Shown here piece after piece: positions 46,401 through 55,589 of a stretch of DNA of 64,000 nt. The notes under the pieces were generated by a model that worked only from the letters and a program-made list of their open reading frames with translations, made no database searches and was not told the origin of the DNA. Position 1 is the first letter of the stretch, and every line of letters begins with the position of its first letter. Made by a program: the position numbers and the translations under genes. The stretch comes from an uncultured Paludibacter sp. (GTDB lineage: Bacteria > Bacteroidota > Bacteroidia > Bacteroidales > Paludibacteraceae), in NCBI GenBank assembly GCA_964541615.1, contig CAZIRA010000001.1, positions 2,095-66,094 on the forward strand. Direction: 5' to 3'.

Positions 46401-48842
46401 ATGAAAGTTATCAAATTTGGCGGCTCGTCCGTTGGCTCCAACGCAGGTATGCTTCAGGTTAAGCAGATCGTTGAGGCTCAGCAGGAACCGGTGATTGTTG
46501 TTGTTTCTGCGTTATCTGGAATTACAGACCAGTTGCTTGCTACCTCCAAACTTGCCGCACAAGGCAATGAAGAATATGTGGCAGAATACGAGCAGATGAT
46601 GACGCGCCATTACCAAATGATTGACGAAGTCATCCCTAAAAACAAAAAAGCACATACGCTCAATCTTATACAAGAACCATTTTCTGATTTATCAAAAATT
46701 CTTCGCGGAATTTTCCTTATAAAAGATATTTCTACCCGTATTTCAGACACTATTTTGAGTTACGGTGAAGTTTTTTCATCCATCATTGTAAGCAATCTGA
46801 TCAAGGATGCCGTTCATTTTGATGCACGTAACTTCGTCAAAACCATCAATCAGTTTGACAAGCACATTGTTGATTTCCCTACAACCAATAAGCTGATTAA
46901 AGAAACGTTTTTAGACTCACCAACTGTTTGCGTATGTGGAGGATTTATTTCTACAGATGTCAGCACAGGTTTTCCGACCAACCTTGGAAGAGGCGGTTCT
47001 GATTACACAGCATCCATCATAGCGTCTGCATTGGATGCCATAAAACTTGAGATTTGGACCGACGTAGACGGGTTTATGACTGCCGATCCGAAAGTCATCA
47101 GCGGAGCATATGTGATTGAAAAATTAAGTTTTAGTGAAGCTATGGAGCTTTCCAACTTCGGTGCGAAGGTGATATATCCACCAACGATTTTCCCTGTTTA
47201 TCATAAAAATATTCCTGTTGAAATAAAAAACACATTCAATCCGGAAGCCAAAGGAACATTTATTACAAGTGAAAAAAGCCCCAATCAAAATGGCTCAAAA
47301 GCCATTAAAGGGATTTCATCCATCAACGACACATCGCTGATTACCATTCAGGGACTTGGCATGGTAGGAGTAATCGGTGTAAACTACCGGATTTTCCGCG
47401 CACTTGCCAAAAACGGCATCAGTGTGTTCCTTGTTTCGCAGGCATCTTCGGAAAACACTACCTCTATCGGTGTAAAAAATGCAGACAGCAAATTGGCCGT
47501 AAAAGTGCTTCAGGAAGAGTTTCAGACTGAAATCCAGCAGGGAGAAATCAATAAAATCGAATCGGAAGATGACCTTGTAACTGTAGCAATTGTGGGCGAC
47601 AACATGAAAAGAACACCAGGTATTGCCGGTAAACTTTTCGGTACGCTGGGCAGAAACGGTATCAACGTAATTGCCTGTGCACAAGGAGCTTCCGAAACTA
47701 ATATTTCGTTTGTAACAGACCGTTCGGTACTTCGCAAAGCCCTCAACGTAATCCATGATTCGTTCTTCCTTTCGGAATACAAAGTGCTCAATCTCTTCGT
47801 AGTAGGTGTAGGAACGGTAGGCAGCAATCTACTGAACCAGATCAAAGCCCAGCGTCAAAAACTGATGGAACAAAACGGGCTGAAAATCAACGTTGTAGGG
47901 ATAGCTTCCAGCTCAAAAATGATGTTTCTACGTTCCGGCATCAATTTGGATAATTGCGTTGCAAAGCTGAAGTCAGAAGGAGATAATGGAACTACCAAAG
48001 CATTTTTGAATGAGATTTTGAAAATGAATATTTACAATCCTGTTTTTGTGGATTGTACGGCAAGCCAGGAAGTAGCTGAAATCTACCAAACATTGCTCGA
48101 AAACAATATTTCTGTAGTTACAGCCAATAAAATTGCAGCCTCATCGGAATTTGAAAGATATGAAAAACTGAAAGAAACTTCCCGCCAACGTGGTGTTAAG
48201 TTCCTCTTCGAAACCAATGTTGGTGCCGGTTTGCCAATTATCAATACGATGAATAATCTGACCAACAGCGGTGACCATATCCTGAAAATGGAAGCGGTTC
48301 TTTCCGGTACTCTGAATTTTATTTTCAACACCATAAACGAAGAAATTCCAATGAGCAAAGCCATTAAAATGGCCAAGGAAGCCGGATTTTCTGAACCCGA
48401 TCCGCGGATCGACCTGAGCGGAAAAGATGTGATTCGCAAATTGGTGATTCTGGCTCGTGAAGCCGGATATCAGGTGGAACAGGAAGATGTAGTGAAAAAT
48501 CTATTTGTGCCTGACAAATATTTTGAAGGAAACATAGAGGAATTCTGGAAGAATATCCCTGAAATTGATGACGAATTTGAAGCTAAACGAAAAAAACTTG
48601 CTTCAGAAAGCAAACATTGGCGTTTTGTGGCCAAAATGGATGAGGGGAAATGCTCTGTGGGATTGCAGGAAGTTGACAGTATGCATCCGTTTTACGACTT
48701 GCAGGGAAGCAACAACATCGTGCTGATTAAAACCCAGCGCTACAACGAGTTTCCGATGATTATTAAAGGGTACGGAGCCGGTGCAAGTGTGACTGCCGCA
48801 GGAGTTTTCGCCGATATAATCAGTATAGCAAACATCAGATAA
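46401..48842 (+). CDS. thrA: bifunctional aspartate kinase / homoserine dehydrogenase
   Basis: 813 aa. Aspartokinase N-terminus (KFGGSSVG), ACT region, and a C-terminal homoserine dehydrogenase domain. Confidence 0.95.
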   Translation: MKVIKFGGSSVGSNAGMLQVKQIVEAQQEPVIVVVSALSGITDQLLATSKLAAQGNEEYVAEYEQMMTRHYQMIDEVIPKNKKAHTLNLIQEPFSDLSKILRGIFLIKDISTRISDTILSYGEVFSSIIVSNLIKDAVHFDARNFVKTINQFDKHIVDFPTTNKLIKETFLDSPTVCVCGGFISTDVSTGFPTNLGRGGSDYTASIIASALDAIKLEIWTDVDGFMTADPKVISGAYVIEKLSFSEAMELSNFGAKVIYPPTIFPVYHKNIPVEIKNTFNPEAKGTFITSEKSPNQNGSKAIKGISSINDTSLITIQGLGMVGVIGVNYRIFRALAKNGISVFLVSQASSENTTSIGVKNADSKLAVKVLQEEFQTEIQQGEINKIESEDDLVTVAIVGDNMKRTPGIAGKLFGTLGRNGINVIACAQGASETNISFVTDRSVLRKALNVIHDSFFLSEYKVLNLFVVGVGTVGSNLLNQIKAQRQKLMEQNGLKINVVGIASSSKMMFLRSGINLDNCVAKLKSEGDNGTTKAFLNEILKMNIYNPVFVDCTASQEVAEIYQTLLENNISVVTANKIAASSEFERYEKLKETSRQRGVKFLFETNVGAGLPIINTMNNLTNSGDHILKMEAVLSGTLNFIFNTINEEIPMSKAIKMAKEAGFSEPDPRIDLSGKDVIRKLVILAREAGYQVEQEDVVKNLFVPDKYFEGNIEEFWKNIPEIDDEFEAKRKKLASESKHWRFVAKMDEGKCSVGLQEVDSMHPFYDLQGSNNIVLIKTQRYNEFPMIIKGYGAGASVTAAGVFADIISIANIR

Positions 48843-48852
48843 GTTAATGCTT

Positions 48853-48998
48853 GCCCCCTACTCCCCTGAAGGGGGAATTTAAGAGAGCAGAATATAATCC
48901 GATAAAAATATTTAAATCAACAAATTCAGTGCAATTGTATGCTTTTAGCAAAATTCCCGAATAGCCGTATTTATTCCCCTTTTAGGAGGATAGGGGGC
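48853..48998. repeat. REP/MITE-like inverted-repeat element, copy C
   Basis: Left arm GCCCCCTACTCCCCTGAAGGGGGAA, right arm TTCCCCTTTTAGGAGGATAGGGGGC. The AT-rich core shares AATATTTAAAT with copy B and GTGCAATT with copy A. Confidence 0.75.
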
Positions 48999-49484
48999 TT
49001 ATTTCTTTTACTAATTTTATTTTCCTGTAATAAACCTACGGCACAATATCCTTCAAATAAGGAGCAAAAGACCGATTCGACCGAAATTTATCTCAGAGAT
49101 TATAATAAGGATGTCATAGCAAAAGAGGATAGTGCAATTTTAGCTTTCATTTCGAATCAGCCTGTCGTATACAAAAAAAGCGACTCCGGCATCTGGTATT
49201 TTATCCAAAAGCCAACCGAAAATCCGCCGTTAACAAACGATTCTTCAGCATTGATTAGTTATAAAACACACACTATTCGAGGCGAATTACTTTTCCAGGA
49301 AAACGAAAAGACTATTAACTTCGGGAAAAAGGAAGTGACCACCGGATTGGAAGAAGGATTGAAATTGATGAAAAAAGGAGAAACCGCCCGCTTTTTAGTA
49401 CCTTCTTTTTTGGCATACGGTGCAAAGGGAACAGAAATTATTCCTCCCTATTCACCGATAATTTATGTGGTGGAAAGTAAATAG
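48939..49484 (+). CDS. FKBP-type peptidyl-prolyl cis-trans isomerase lipoprotein
   Basis: 181 aa. Lipobox ILFSC and an FKBP C-terminal domain (GLEEGLKLMKKGETARFLVPSFLAYGAKG). The first 20 codons lie inside repeat copy C. Confidence 0.8.
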   Translation: MLLAKFPNSRIYSPFRRIGGLFLLLILFSCNKPTAQYPSNKEQKTDSTEIYLRDYNKDVIAKEDSAILAFISNQPVVYKKSDSGIWYFIQKPTENPPLTNDSSALISYKTHTIRGELLFQENEKTINFGKKEVTTGLEEGLKLMKKGETARFLVPSFLAYGAKGTEIIPPYSPIIYVVESK

Positions 49485-49601
49485 TACTTTTTCTGCCGAC
49501 TAAAGCAACTGAACGGCGCATTACTAAAATTTAACTTTTTTATTTAACAACAAAATCGGATATTTGCATTTTATTTGAAGATACAATCACAAACCTACTA
49601 A

Positions 49602-50150
49602 ATGAAAAAAATAAACTTTATTTTCTCAATCGTGGCTGCGTTGCTTATGTTTGCTGCCTGCAACGACACCAAAACTTACTCCGAACTTCAGAAAGAGGAA
49701 ACAAAAAATATTGAGGCCTACATTCTTAGAAACAACATTGAGGTTGTAAAAACGATGCCCGAAACCTGGGGACCAAACACGTACTACCAGACTCCGAGCG
49801 GACTTTATTTCCATTTGTCAGAAGTGGGAGAAAAAGATGTTTCTATCAGTACAACGACTGTTTCTACAGTTTACATCTGGACTATTGAACATGAACTGGA
49901 TGAGCAAAAAACAATTCTTTCTAAAAAATGGGAGCCGGCAGATACTTTTGACGGAAGACCAACTAAAATCCGCTACGGCGACTCATATTACGCAACAGCT
50001 CTGGGAGTTGGATTGTATGAAGCCATCGGATTGATGAAAAACAGAAATTCGGTTGCAAAGATCATTGTTCCATCCTTCCTTAATACCAGTACTTACAGCG
50101 ATGTGCTGAAAGCTGTCGGTTTCGAAATTAAAATTGCAGTCATTGAATAA
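49602..50150 (+). CDS. lipoprotein with a divergent FKBP-like C-terminal domain
   Basis: 182 aa. Lipobox FAAC. The C-terminus (GLYEAIGLMKNRNSVAKIIVPSFLNTS) aligns by eye with the upstream FKBP (GLEEGLKLMKKGETARFLVPSFLAYG). Confidence 0.5.
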   Translation: MKKINFIFSIVAALLMFAACNDTKTYSELQKEETKNIEAYILRNNIEVVKTMPETWGPNTYYQTPSGLYFHLSEVGEKDVSISTTTVSTVYIWTIEHELDEQKTILSKKWEPADTFDGRPTKIRYGDSYYATALGVGLYEAIGLMKNRNSVAKIIVPSFLNTSTYSDVLKAVGFEIKIAVIE

Positions 50151-50159
50151 AATACTTTT

Positions 50160-50183
50160 CCCCTTTCAACAAAGGGGTTTTTT
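50160..50183 (+). terminator. terminator after the FKBP-like lipoprotein pair
   Basis: CCCCTTT-CAAC-AAAGGGG followed by TTTTTT. Confidence 0.8.
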
Positions 50184-50197
50184 AATACAAATAATTT

Positions 50198-51589
50198 ATG
50201 GCACTTATTAAATCAATTTCAGGAATTCGGGGTACCATCGGTGGACGTGTCGGTGAAGGCCTGAGTCCACTCGATGTTGTAAAATTCACATCGGCTTATG
50301 CTGCTTTTATCAAATCTTCAAAAAATGCTCCTTCAAACACAATTGTGGTTGGTCGTGATGCACGTATTTCCGGTGAAATGGTAAACAATTTGGTTGTAGG
50401 AACGCTTTTGGGAATGGGAATGGATGTGACTGACATCGGATTGGCTACCACGCCGACCACCGAAGTTGCAGTTGTGATGGAGAAAGCAGCGGGCGGCATC
50501 ATTCTCACAGCCAGCCACAATCCAAAACAGTGGAATGCATTGAAATTACTTAATGAAAAAGGTGAATTTCTAAATGCCAAAGAAGGCGAAACCATCCTGC
50601 AACTTGCAGAAGCAGAAGATTTTTCGTTTGCTGAAGTTGACAACGTTGGAAAATTGACAACAAAAAATGACTATACGCAAAAACACATCGAAAGCGTGCT
50701 TGCACTTAATTTGGTGGACATAGAAGCCATTAAGGCCGCAGATTTCAAAGTGGCCATTGACTGCGTAAATTCGGTTGGAGGCATCGTTATTCCTGAATTG
50801 CTGGAAGCTTTGGGCGTAAAAACGATAGAAAAACTTTACTGCGAACCGAACGGTCATTTCCCACACAACCCGGAACCCCTACCCGAGCACCTCACGGAGA
50901 TTTCAAACGTAATGAAAAGCGGAAAATTCGATGTAGGCTTTGTCGTGGATCCCGACGTAGACAGATTGGCAATAATCAGCGAAGACGGAAGCATGTTTGG
51001 TGAGGAATACACGCTGGTAGCAGTTGCCGACTATATTCTCCGCCACACTCCGGGAAATACGGTTTCAAATCTTAGTTCTACCCGCGCTTTGCGTGATGTG
51101 ACCAAGAAATATAACTGCGATTACTATGCGGCAGCTGTTGGCGAAGTGAATGTTGTGGCTAAAATGAAAGCCACTAATGCAGTTATCGGCGGTGAAGGAA
51201 ACGGCGGAATTATCTATCCTGCAAGCCATTACGGACGAGATGCTTTGGTAGGAATTGCACTATTCTTAACTCATTTGGCAAAGGAGAAAAAATCAGTTTC
51301 CGAGCTTCGCAAAACCTATCCAAACTATTTTATGAGTAAAAATAAAATAGAACTCACTCCTCAAATTGACGTGGACGGCGTATTGGCAGTGATAAAAGGA
51401 AGCTACAAACAGTACGAAGTGAACGACATTGACGGCGTGAAAATTGACTTTCCACAAGGTTGGGTGCATCTCCGCAAATCAAACACAGAGCCAATCATCC
51501 GCATTTATTCAGAAGCAGGAACTCCTGAGCAGGCAGATAATTTTGCAAAAGCAATTATGGAGGAAATCAAAAGAATTACTGGGATCTAA
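50198..51589 (+). CDS. glmM: phosphoglucosamine mutase
   Basis: 463 aa. Active-site TASHNP, metal loop DPDVDR, GEGNGG sugar loop. Confidence 0.92.
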   Translation: MALIKSISGIRGTIGGRVGEGLSPLDVVKFTSAYAAFIKSSKNAPSNTIVVGRDARISGEMVNNLVVGTLLGMGMDVTDIGLATTPTTEVAVVMEKAAGGIILTASHNPKQWNALKLLNEKGEFLNAKEGETILQLAEAEDFSFAEVDNVGKLTTKNDYTQKHIESVLALNLVDIEAIKAADFKVAIDCVNSVGGIVIPELLEALGVKTIEKLYCEPNGHFPHNPEPLPEHLTEISNVMKSGKFDVGFVVDPDVDRLAIISEDGSMFGEEYTLVAVADYILRHTPGNTVSNLSSTRALRDVTKKYNCDYYAAAVGEVNVVAKMKATNAVIGGEGNGGIIYPASHYGRDALVGIALFLTHLAKEKKSVSELRKTYPNYFMSKNKIELTPQIDVDGVLAVIKGSYKQYEVNDIDGVKIDFPQGWVHLRKSNTEPIIRIYSEAGTPEQADNFAKAIMEEIKRITGI

Positions 51590-51610
51590 ATTATTAACGA
51601 TATTTTCTGA

Positions 51611-51641
51611 AACGCCGCAATCCAGCGGCGTTTTGTTTTTC
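51611..51641 (+). terminator. terminator of glmM
   Basis: AACGCCGC-AATCCA-GCGGCGTT followed by TTGTTTTT. Confidence 0.8.
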
Positions 51642-51752
51642 TAACAACTATTAAAACACCAATCATTAAAAGAACGAAATCAAAAAATATCAAATTCATT
51701 CATTTTTCCTCATTCAGATAATGTTTCATAAGAATTTTTCAAACTTTTGTTT

Positions 51753-51760
51753 TAACTTTG
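51753..51760 (+). promoter_or_regulatory. -7 box for aroC
   Basis: TAACTTTG about 100 nt upstream of ATG 51861. The implied leader contains the short tandem repeats. Confidence 0.4.
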
Positions 51761-51827
51761 CAACATACAAAATTAGAAATTAGAAAACTGATGTTAGAAG
51801 TTAAAGCTGAAAACTCAAATTCTATTT

Positions 51828-51859
51828 AACTATTCAACTAAACAACTATTCAACTAAAC
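51828..51859. repeat. perfect 16-bp tandem duplication (AACTATTCAACTAAAC x2) immediately 5' of the aroC ATG
   Basis: The units read directly at 51828..51843 and 51844..51859. A 7-bp doublet AATTAGA AATTAGA lies at 51771..51784 in the same leader. Confidence 0.85.
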
Positions 51860-51860
51860 A

Positions 51861-52922
51861 ATGAATACAATAGGCAAACTTTTTTCGTTTACATCATTCG
51901 GTGAGTCACACGGTAGAGGAGTCGGAGGTATTATTGACGGATGTCCTGCCGGTGTGGTGATGGACGAAGAATTCATCCAAAACGAGCTGAGACGCCGTCG
52001 CCCGGGGCAATCCATCATTACCACTCCACGTGAGGAAGAGGATAAAGTTGAATTTCTGTCCGGAATTTTCGAAGGAAAATCCACCGGAACACCCATTGCC
52101 TTTGTTATTTGGAATCAAAATCAGGAAAGCAAGGATTATGACCATTTGAAGGATGTTTTCCGTCCTTCGCATGCCGATTATACCTACCAGCAAAAATACG
52201 GAATCCGCGACCACCGCGGCGGTGGACGCAGTTCTGCCCGCACTACGGCCGGCTGGGTTGCTGCAGGAGCAGTTGCCAAGTTGGTTTTGAAGCAGCAGGG
52301 AGTTGACATAACTGCCTACACGTCGCAGGTTGGACACATCGCCATTGAAAACTCGTACGAAAACCTCGATCTATCTTTAATCGAAAGCAACATCGTCCGC
52401 TGTCCGGAACCTGAAACTGCTCAAAAGATGATCGATTACATCGACAAACTTCGCATTGAAGGAAATTCTATCGGCGGAACGGTGAGCTGCGTGGTGAAGG
52501 GCGTTCCTGTTGGTTGGGGTGAGCCGGTTTTTGAAAAAGTGCAAGCCCGGCTGGCGCATGCCATGCTGAGCATCAACGCCACGCACGGCTTTGATTATGG
52601 AAAAGGTTTTGAAGGAATCGGGATGACCGGCGCCGAGCTGAACGATCCTTTTTTAATGAAAGATGGAAAAGTTTCTACGCTCACCAACCATTCCGGAGGA
52701 ATCCAAGGAGGTATCAGCAACGGACAGGATATCTATTTCCGGGTGCTTTTCAAAGCTGTTTCCACCATTTCTCAGAAGCAAACCACACTGGATAAAGAGT
52801 TGAAGAGTGTTGAGCTCGAAGCCAAAGGGCGCCACGATCCCTGCGTGCTTCCGCGTGCGGTTCCCATTGTTGAAGCGATGGCTGCCATTACTTTACTGGA
52901 TTTATTTTTGATGAATAAATAA
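51861..52922 (+). CDS. aroC: chorismate synthase
   Basis: 353 aa with an N-terminal [19 protein letters not shown] motif, plus RPGQS and GRHDPCV motifs. Confidence 0.96.
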   Translation: MNTIGKLFSFTSFGESHGRGVGGIIDGCPAGVVMDEEFIQNELRRRRPGQSIITTPREEEDKVEFLSGIFEGKSTGTPIAFVIWNQNQESKDYDHLKDVFRPSHADYTYQQKYGIRDHRGGGRSSARTTAGWVAAGAVAKLVLKQQGVDITAYTSQVGHIAIENSYENLDLSLIESNIVRCPEPETAQKMIDYIDKLRIEGNSIGGTVSCVVKGVPVGWGEPVFEKVQARLAHAMLSINATHGFDYGKGFEGIGMTGAELNDPFLMKDGKVSTLTNHSGGIQGGISNGQDIYFRVLFKAVSTISQKQTTLDKELKSVELEAKGRHDPCVLPRAVPIVEAMAAITLLDLFLMNK

Positions 52923-53869
52923 TGTCCGAAGAAATCATCACTGCCAACCATTGGTTGGTAATCACTAATCCCACTGCCGGAAAAAGAAAATTTCAGGAGC
53001 AGAGCAAATTTGTGCTTTCAGAATTGGAAAAAGCCCGAATTCCTTATATTTTCAAGGTAACGGAATACTCGGGACATGCCATCGAAATTGCTCGCTACTA
53101 TGCAAAAAGAGATTGCATGAATTATCTGATTCTTGGAGGCGATGGTTCCGTAAGTGAGGTGATTAACGGGATTTTTTCGGCTGAACCGGAAGACACATCC
53201 AGGATAAAAATTGCAATAATTCCCCGCGGAACTGGAAATGACTGGGGACGTTTTTGGAAATTGAGAAAAAATGACAAAGAATCGATGAAAGTCTTTTTCA
53301 GCGGAAAAAAACGACTGATTGACGTCGGAAAAATAGATTTTTTGGATGAAAACAATCAGGAAACAGAGCATTTTTTCATCAATTCCATCGGATTTGGGCT
53401 TGATGCGGAAGTGGCCGACCTCACTCACCGACTCAAAAAGTATACAGGAAGTTTTTCACTTTTGTACACGCTGGCTCTCTTACTTGCAGTTTTCAGATAC
53501 AAATCCACTCCGGTTCAGGTTGAATTTAATGGAAGCAGCGTTAACCTGAAACTTTTCACGATGAACATTGCCAATGGACCTTTCACGGGTGGAGGCATCA
53601 AGCAAAATCCATTTGCACTGCCATACGACGGCACTTTCGACATGATGATCGTGGAAAAACCAACCCTCAGAGATATTTTCACTGCATTGCCGTTGATTTT
53701 CAACGATAAACTTTCAAAACTGCCTATCATTCAAAGTTCGCAGTCGAAAGAAATTGCCATCAAAACTGAAAAAACGATCCTCGTCGAAGCAGATGGCATC
53801 ATCATTCCAAACGCTCACAATTGCAAAGTTACGATTCTGTCTGACGCCATACAGATGATTGTACCTTGA
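52922..53869 (+). CDS. diacylglycerol/lipid kinase family protein (YegS-like)
   Basis: 315 aa with the DAGK catalytic motif LILGGDGSVSEVING and GTGNDW. The ATG overlaps the aroC stop by 1 nt (TAATG). Confidence 0.85.
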   Translation: MSEEIITANHWLVITNPTAGKRKFQEQSKFVLSELEKARIPYIFKVTEYSGHAIEIARYYAKRDCMNYLILGGDGSVSEVINGIFSAEPEDTSRIKIAIIPRGTGNDWGRFWKLRKNDKESMKVFFSGKKRLIDVGKIDFLDENNQETEHFFINSIGFGLDAEVADLTHRLKKYTGSFSLLYTLALLLAVFRYKSTPVQVEFNGSSVNLKLFTMNIANGPFTGGGIKQNPFALPYDGTFDMMIVEKPTLRDIFTALPLIFNDKLSKLPIIQSSQSKEIAIKTEKTILVEADGIIIPNAHNCKVTILSDAIQMIVP

Positions 53870-53910
53870 CGAAGCTTGAAGATCGAAGAAGCCGGAGTGT
53901 CAGGAATTTA

Positions 53911-54684
53911 CTATATTAATCCAAAGTGCTTCAACGCATTGTACACACCATCTTCATCCACCGAATCAGTCACATAATCCGCCACTGCTTTCACTTCATC
54001 CGAAGCATTTCCCATCACCACTCCTACCCCGGCATGCCTGAGCATAGCAATGTCATTTCCGCCATCGCCGATAGCCATGGTTTCTTCCAGTTTTATCCCA
54101 AAATGCTCGATCATGTGATCAATTCCGACTGCCTTACTGCTCCCTTTAGGGACAAAATCGGTAAATGCCGGATGCCACCGAAGCGAGTCGCAGTCAGGGA
54201 TGTGAGGGCGCACAACCTTTTCCTGCTCCTCGGTAATAAACGAAACCATTTGATAAATATCACGATTCAGCGATTCTTCAAACGGACGAACTTTCACATT
54301 GGGAAAAAGTTTCATTTCCTGTACTTTATCAACAATTTCATTGATATAATTAATAAACAAACCCTCGTCATCCATCACCAAACAAGGAAATGAAGTTATT
54401 TTCTGAAGCTCTATCATCGATTCGATATTGCTCTTTGGCACACAGTGTTTATAAACAGGTTTTTTATCGCCCGTAAGGCACAAACCACCGTTGATGGTAA
54501 TATATCCATCAAAATTCAGATCACCCAAATCCGGAATAGACAAAATATGCCTTCCCGTAGCAATAAAAACTTTCACCCCATTATTGCGAAGCCCGGCAAT
54601 TGCTTTTTGGGCAGAAATAGGAATTTCATGAGTTTTGAAACTCACCAGCGTACCGTCAATATCGAAAAAAACAGCTTTAATCAT
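53911..54684 (-). CDS. Cof-type HAD-IIB family phosphatase
   Basis: 257 aa with HAD motifs FFDIDGTL, TGR and GDGGNDIAML. Confidence 0.85.
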   Translation of the reverse strand: MIKAVFFDIDGTLVSFKTHEIPISAQKAIAGLRNNGVKVFIATGRHILSIPDLGDLNFDGYITINGGLCLTGDKKPVYKHCVPKSNIESMIELQKITSFPCLVMDDEGLFINYINEIVDKVQEMKLFPNVKVRPFEESLNRDIYQMVSFITEEQEKVVRPHIPDCDSLRWHPAFTDFVPKGSSKAVGIDHMIEHFGIKLEETMAIGDGGNDIAMLRHAGVGVVMGNASDEVKAVADYVTDSVDEDGVYNALKHFGLI

Positions 54685-54772
54685 ATCAAATCTTTTTATA
54701 CCGAAACGAGAAAACCTCTGTGAAAGTTTTCTCGCTTTATATTATATACCTATTAATTAGAATTTTAGAAAA

Positions 54773-55387
54773 TTATCTGTCGAAAAAATGATTATCGAAA
54801 GAATAAAATATACCAATTTTAATCCCCGCTTCAAGAATCCGGTCATTATTAAAATTGAGATTTACAGGCAGAACGGAATGCGTTTTCAAATAAGGATTGA
54901 TGTAAAGTCCATAACCAACCAGTGATTCAAATTTGACTCCCATTCCAAAATAAGAACCAATTCCAGGCTCATGATGAGCGATATCAATAAGCAGTCCGCC
55001 ATTTACAAATCCAAATTCAAGAAATTCGGCTCGAACACCCACTGGAATATTTATCAGGTGGTAATTGACATATTCTTCATTTTGGAGAGGCACAGCCAAA
55101 TTATTTTTCCAACTGTGCGTAGTTGCCATTTCAAAACTCTGATGGCTGTAATTCAAGCCGGTTTCAAACTCCATCCATTCGTTGATCGGATACCAGTAAT
55201 CGGCCGAAAACGATAAAAATCCATCTCCTTTATAAGTGGTAAAATCATGATTTACCGCTGCGGACTGAAGCATCGTATTTTTATTCAATGCAGAAATAGA
55301 AACACCGAAAGTTCCTTTGTGCTGAGCACCAGCTGAAACAAACAAAAACAGCAGAAAAACAGCTATAATTATTCTAAATTTATTCAT
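54773..55387 (-). CDS. outer-membrane beta-barrel protein
   Basis: 204 aa with a signal peptide (FVSAGAQ), an alternating hydrophobic strand pattern and an aromatic C-terminal region. Confidence 0.55.
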   Translation of the reverse strand: MNKFRIIIAVFLLFLFVSAGAQHKGTFGVSISALNKNTMLQSAAVNHDFTTYKGDGFLSFSADYWYPINEWMEFETGLNYSHQSFEMATTHSWKNNLAVPLQNEEYVNYHLINIPVGVRAEFLEFGFVNGGLLIDIAHHEPGIGSYFGMGVKFESLVGYGLYINPYLKTHSVLPVNLNFNNDRILEAGIKIGIFYSFDNHFFDR

Positions 55388-55528
55388 AAAATATCACTTT
55401 TTCAATTGATTGTCAAAAGTAATCATTAAACATCTATTACGCAAAAAAAATTCAACTCAAAGCTTGAATAAAGGATCTCATTATCACAAAAAACAACGCT
55501 TTATAACACTATTCACTCTAAATTTTCG

Positions 55529-55536
55529 TATCTTTG
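55529..55536 (+). promoter_or_regulatory. -7 box for purL
   Basis: TATCTTTG about 53 nt upstream of ATG 55590. Confidence 0.5.
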
Positions 55537-55589
55537 CACTTTATTTGAAATAATCGCTTGAAGTTAAATTATTTGAATACTATCCAATC

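Noticed and set aside
2499-48998. Whether the recurring GC-rich repeats form a CRISPR array.
   Set aside because: The copies are tens of kilobases apart, each has an internal inverted-repeat structure, no regular spacers exist and no cas genes are present.
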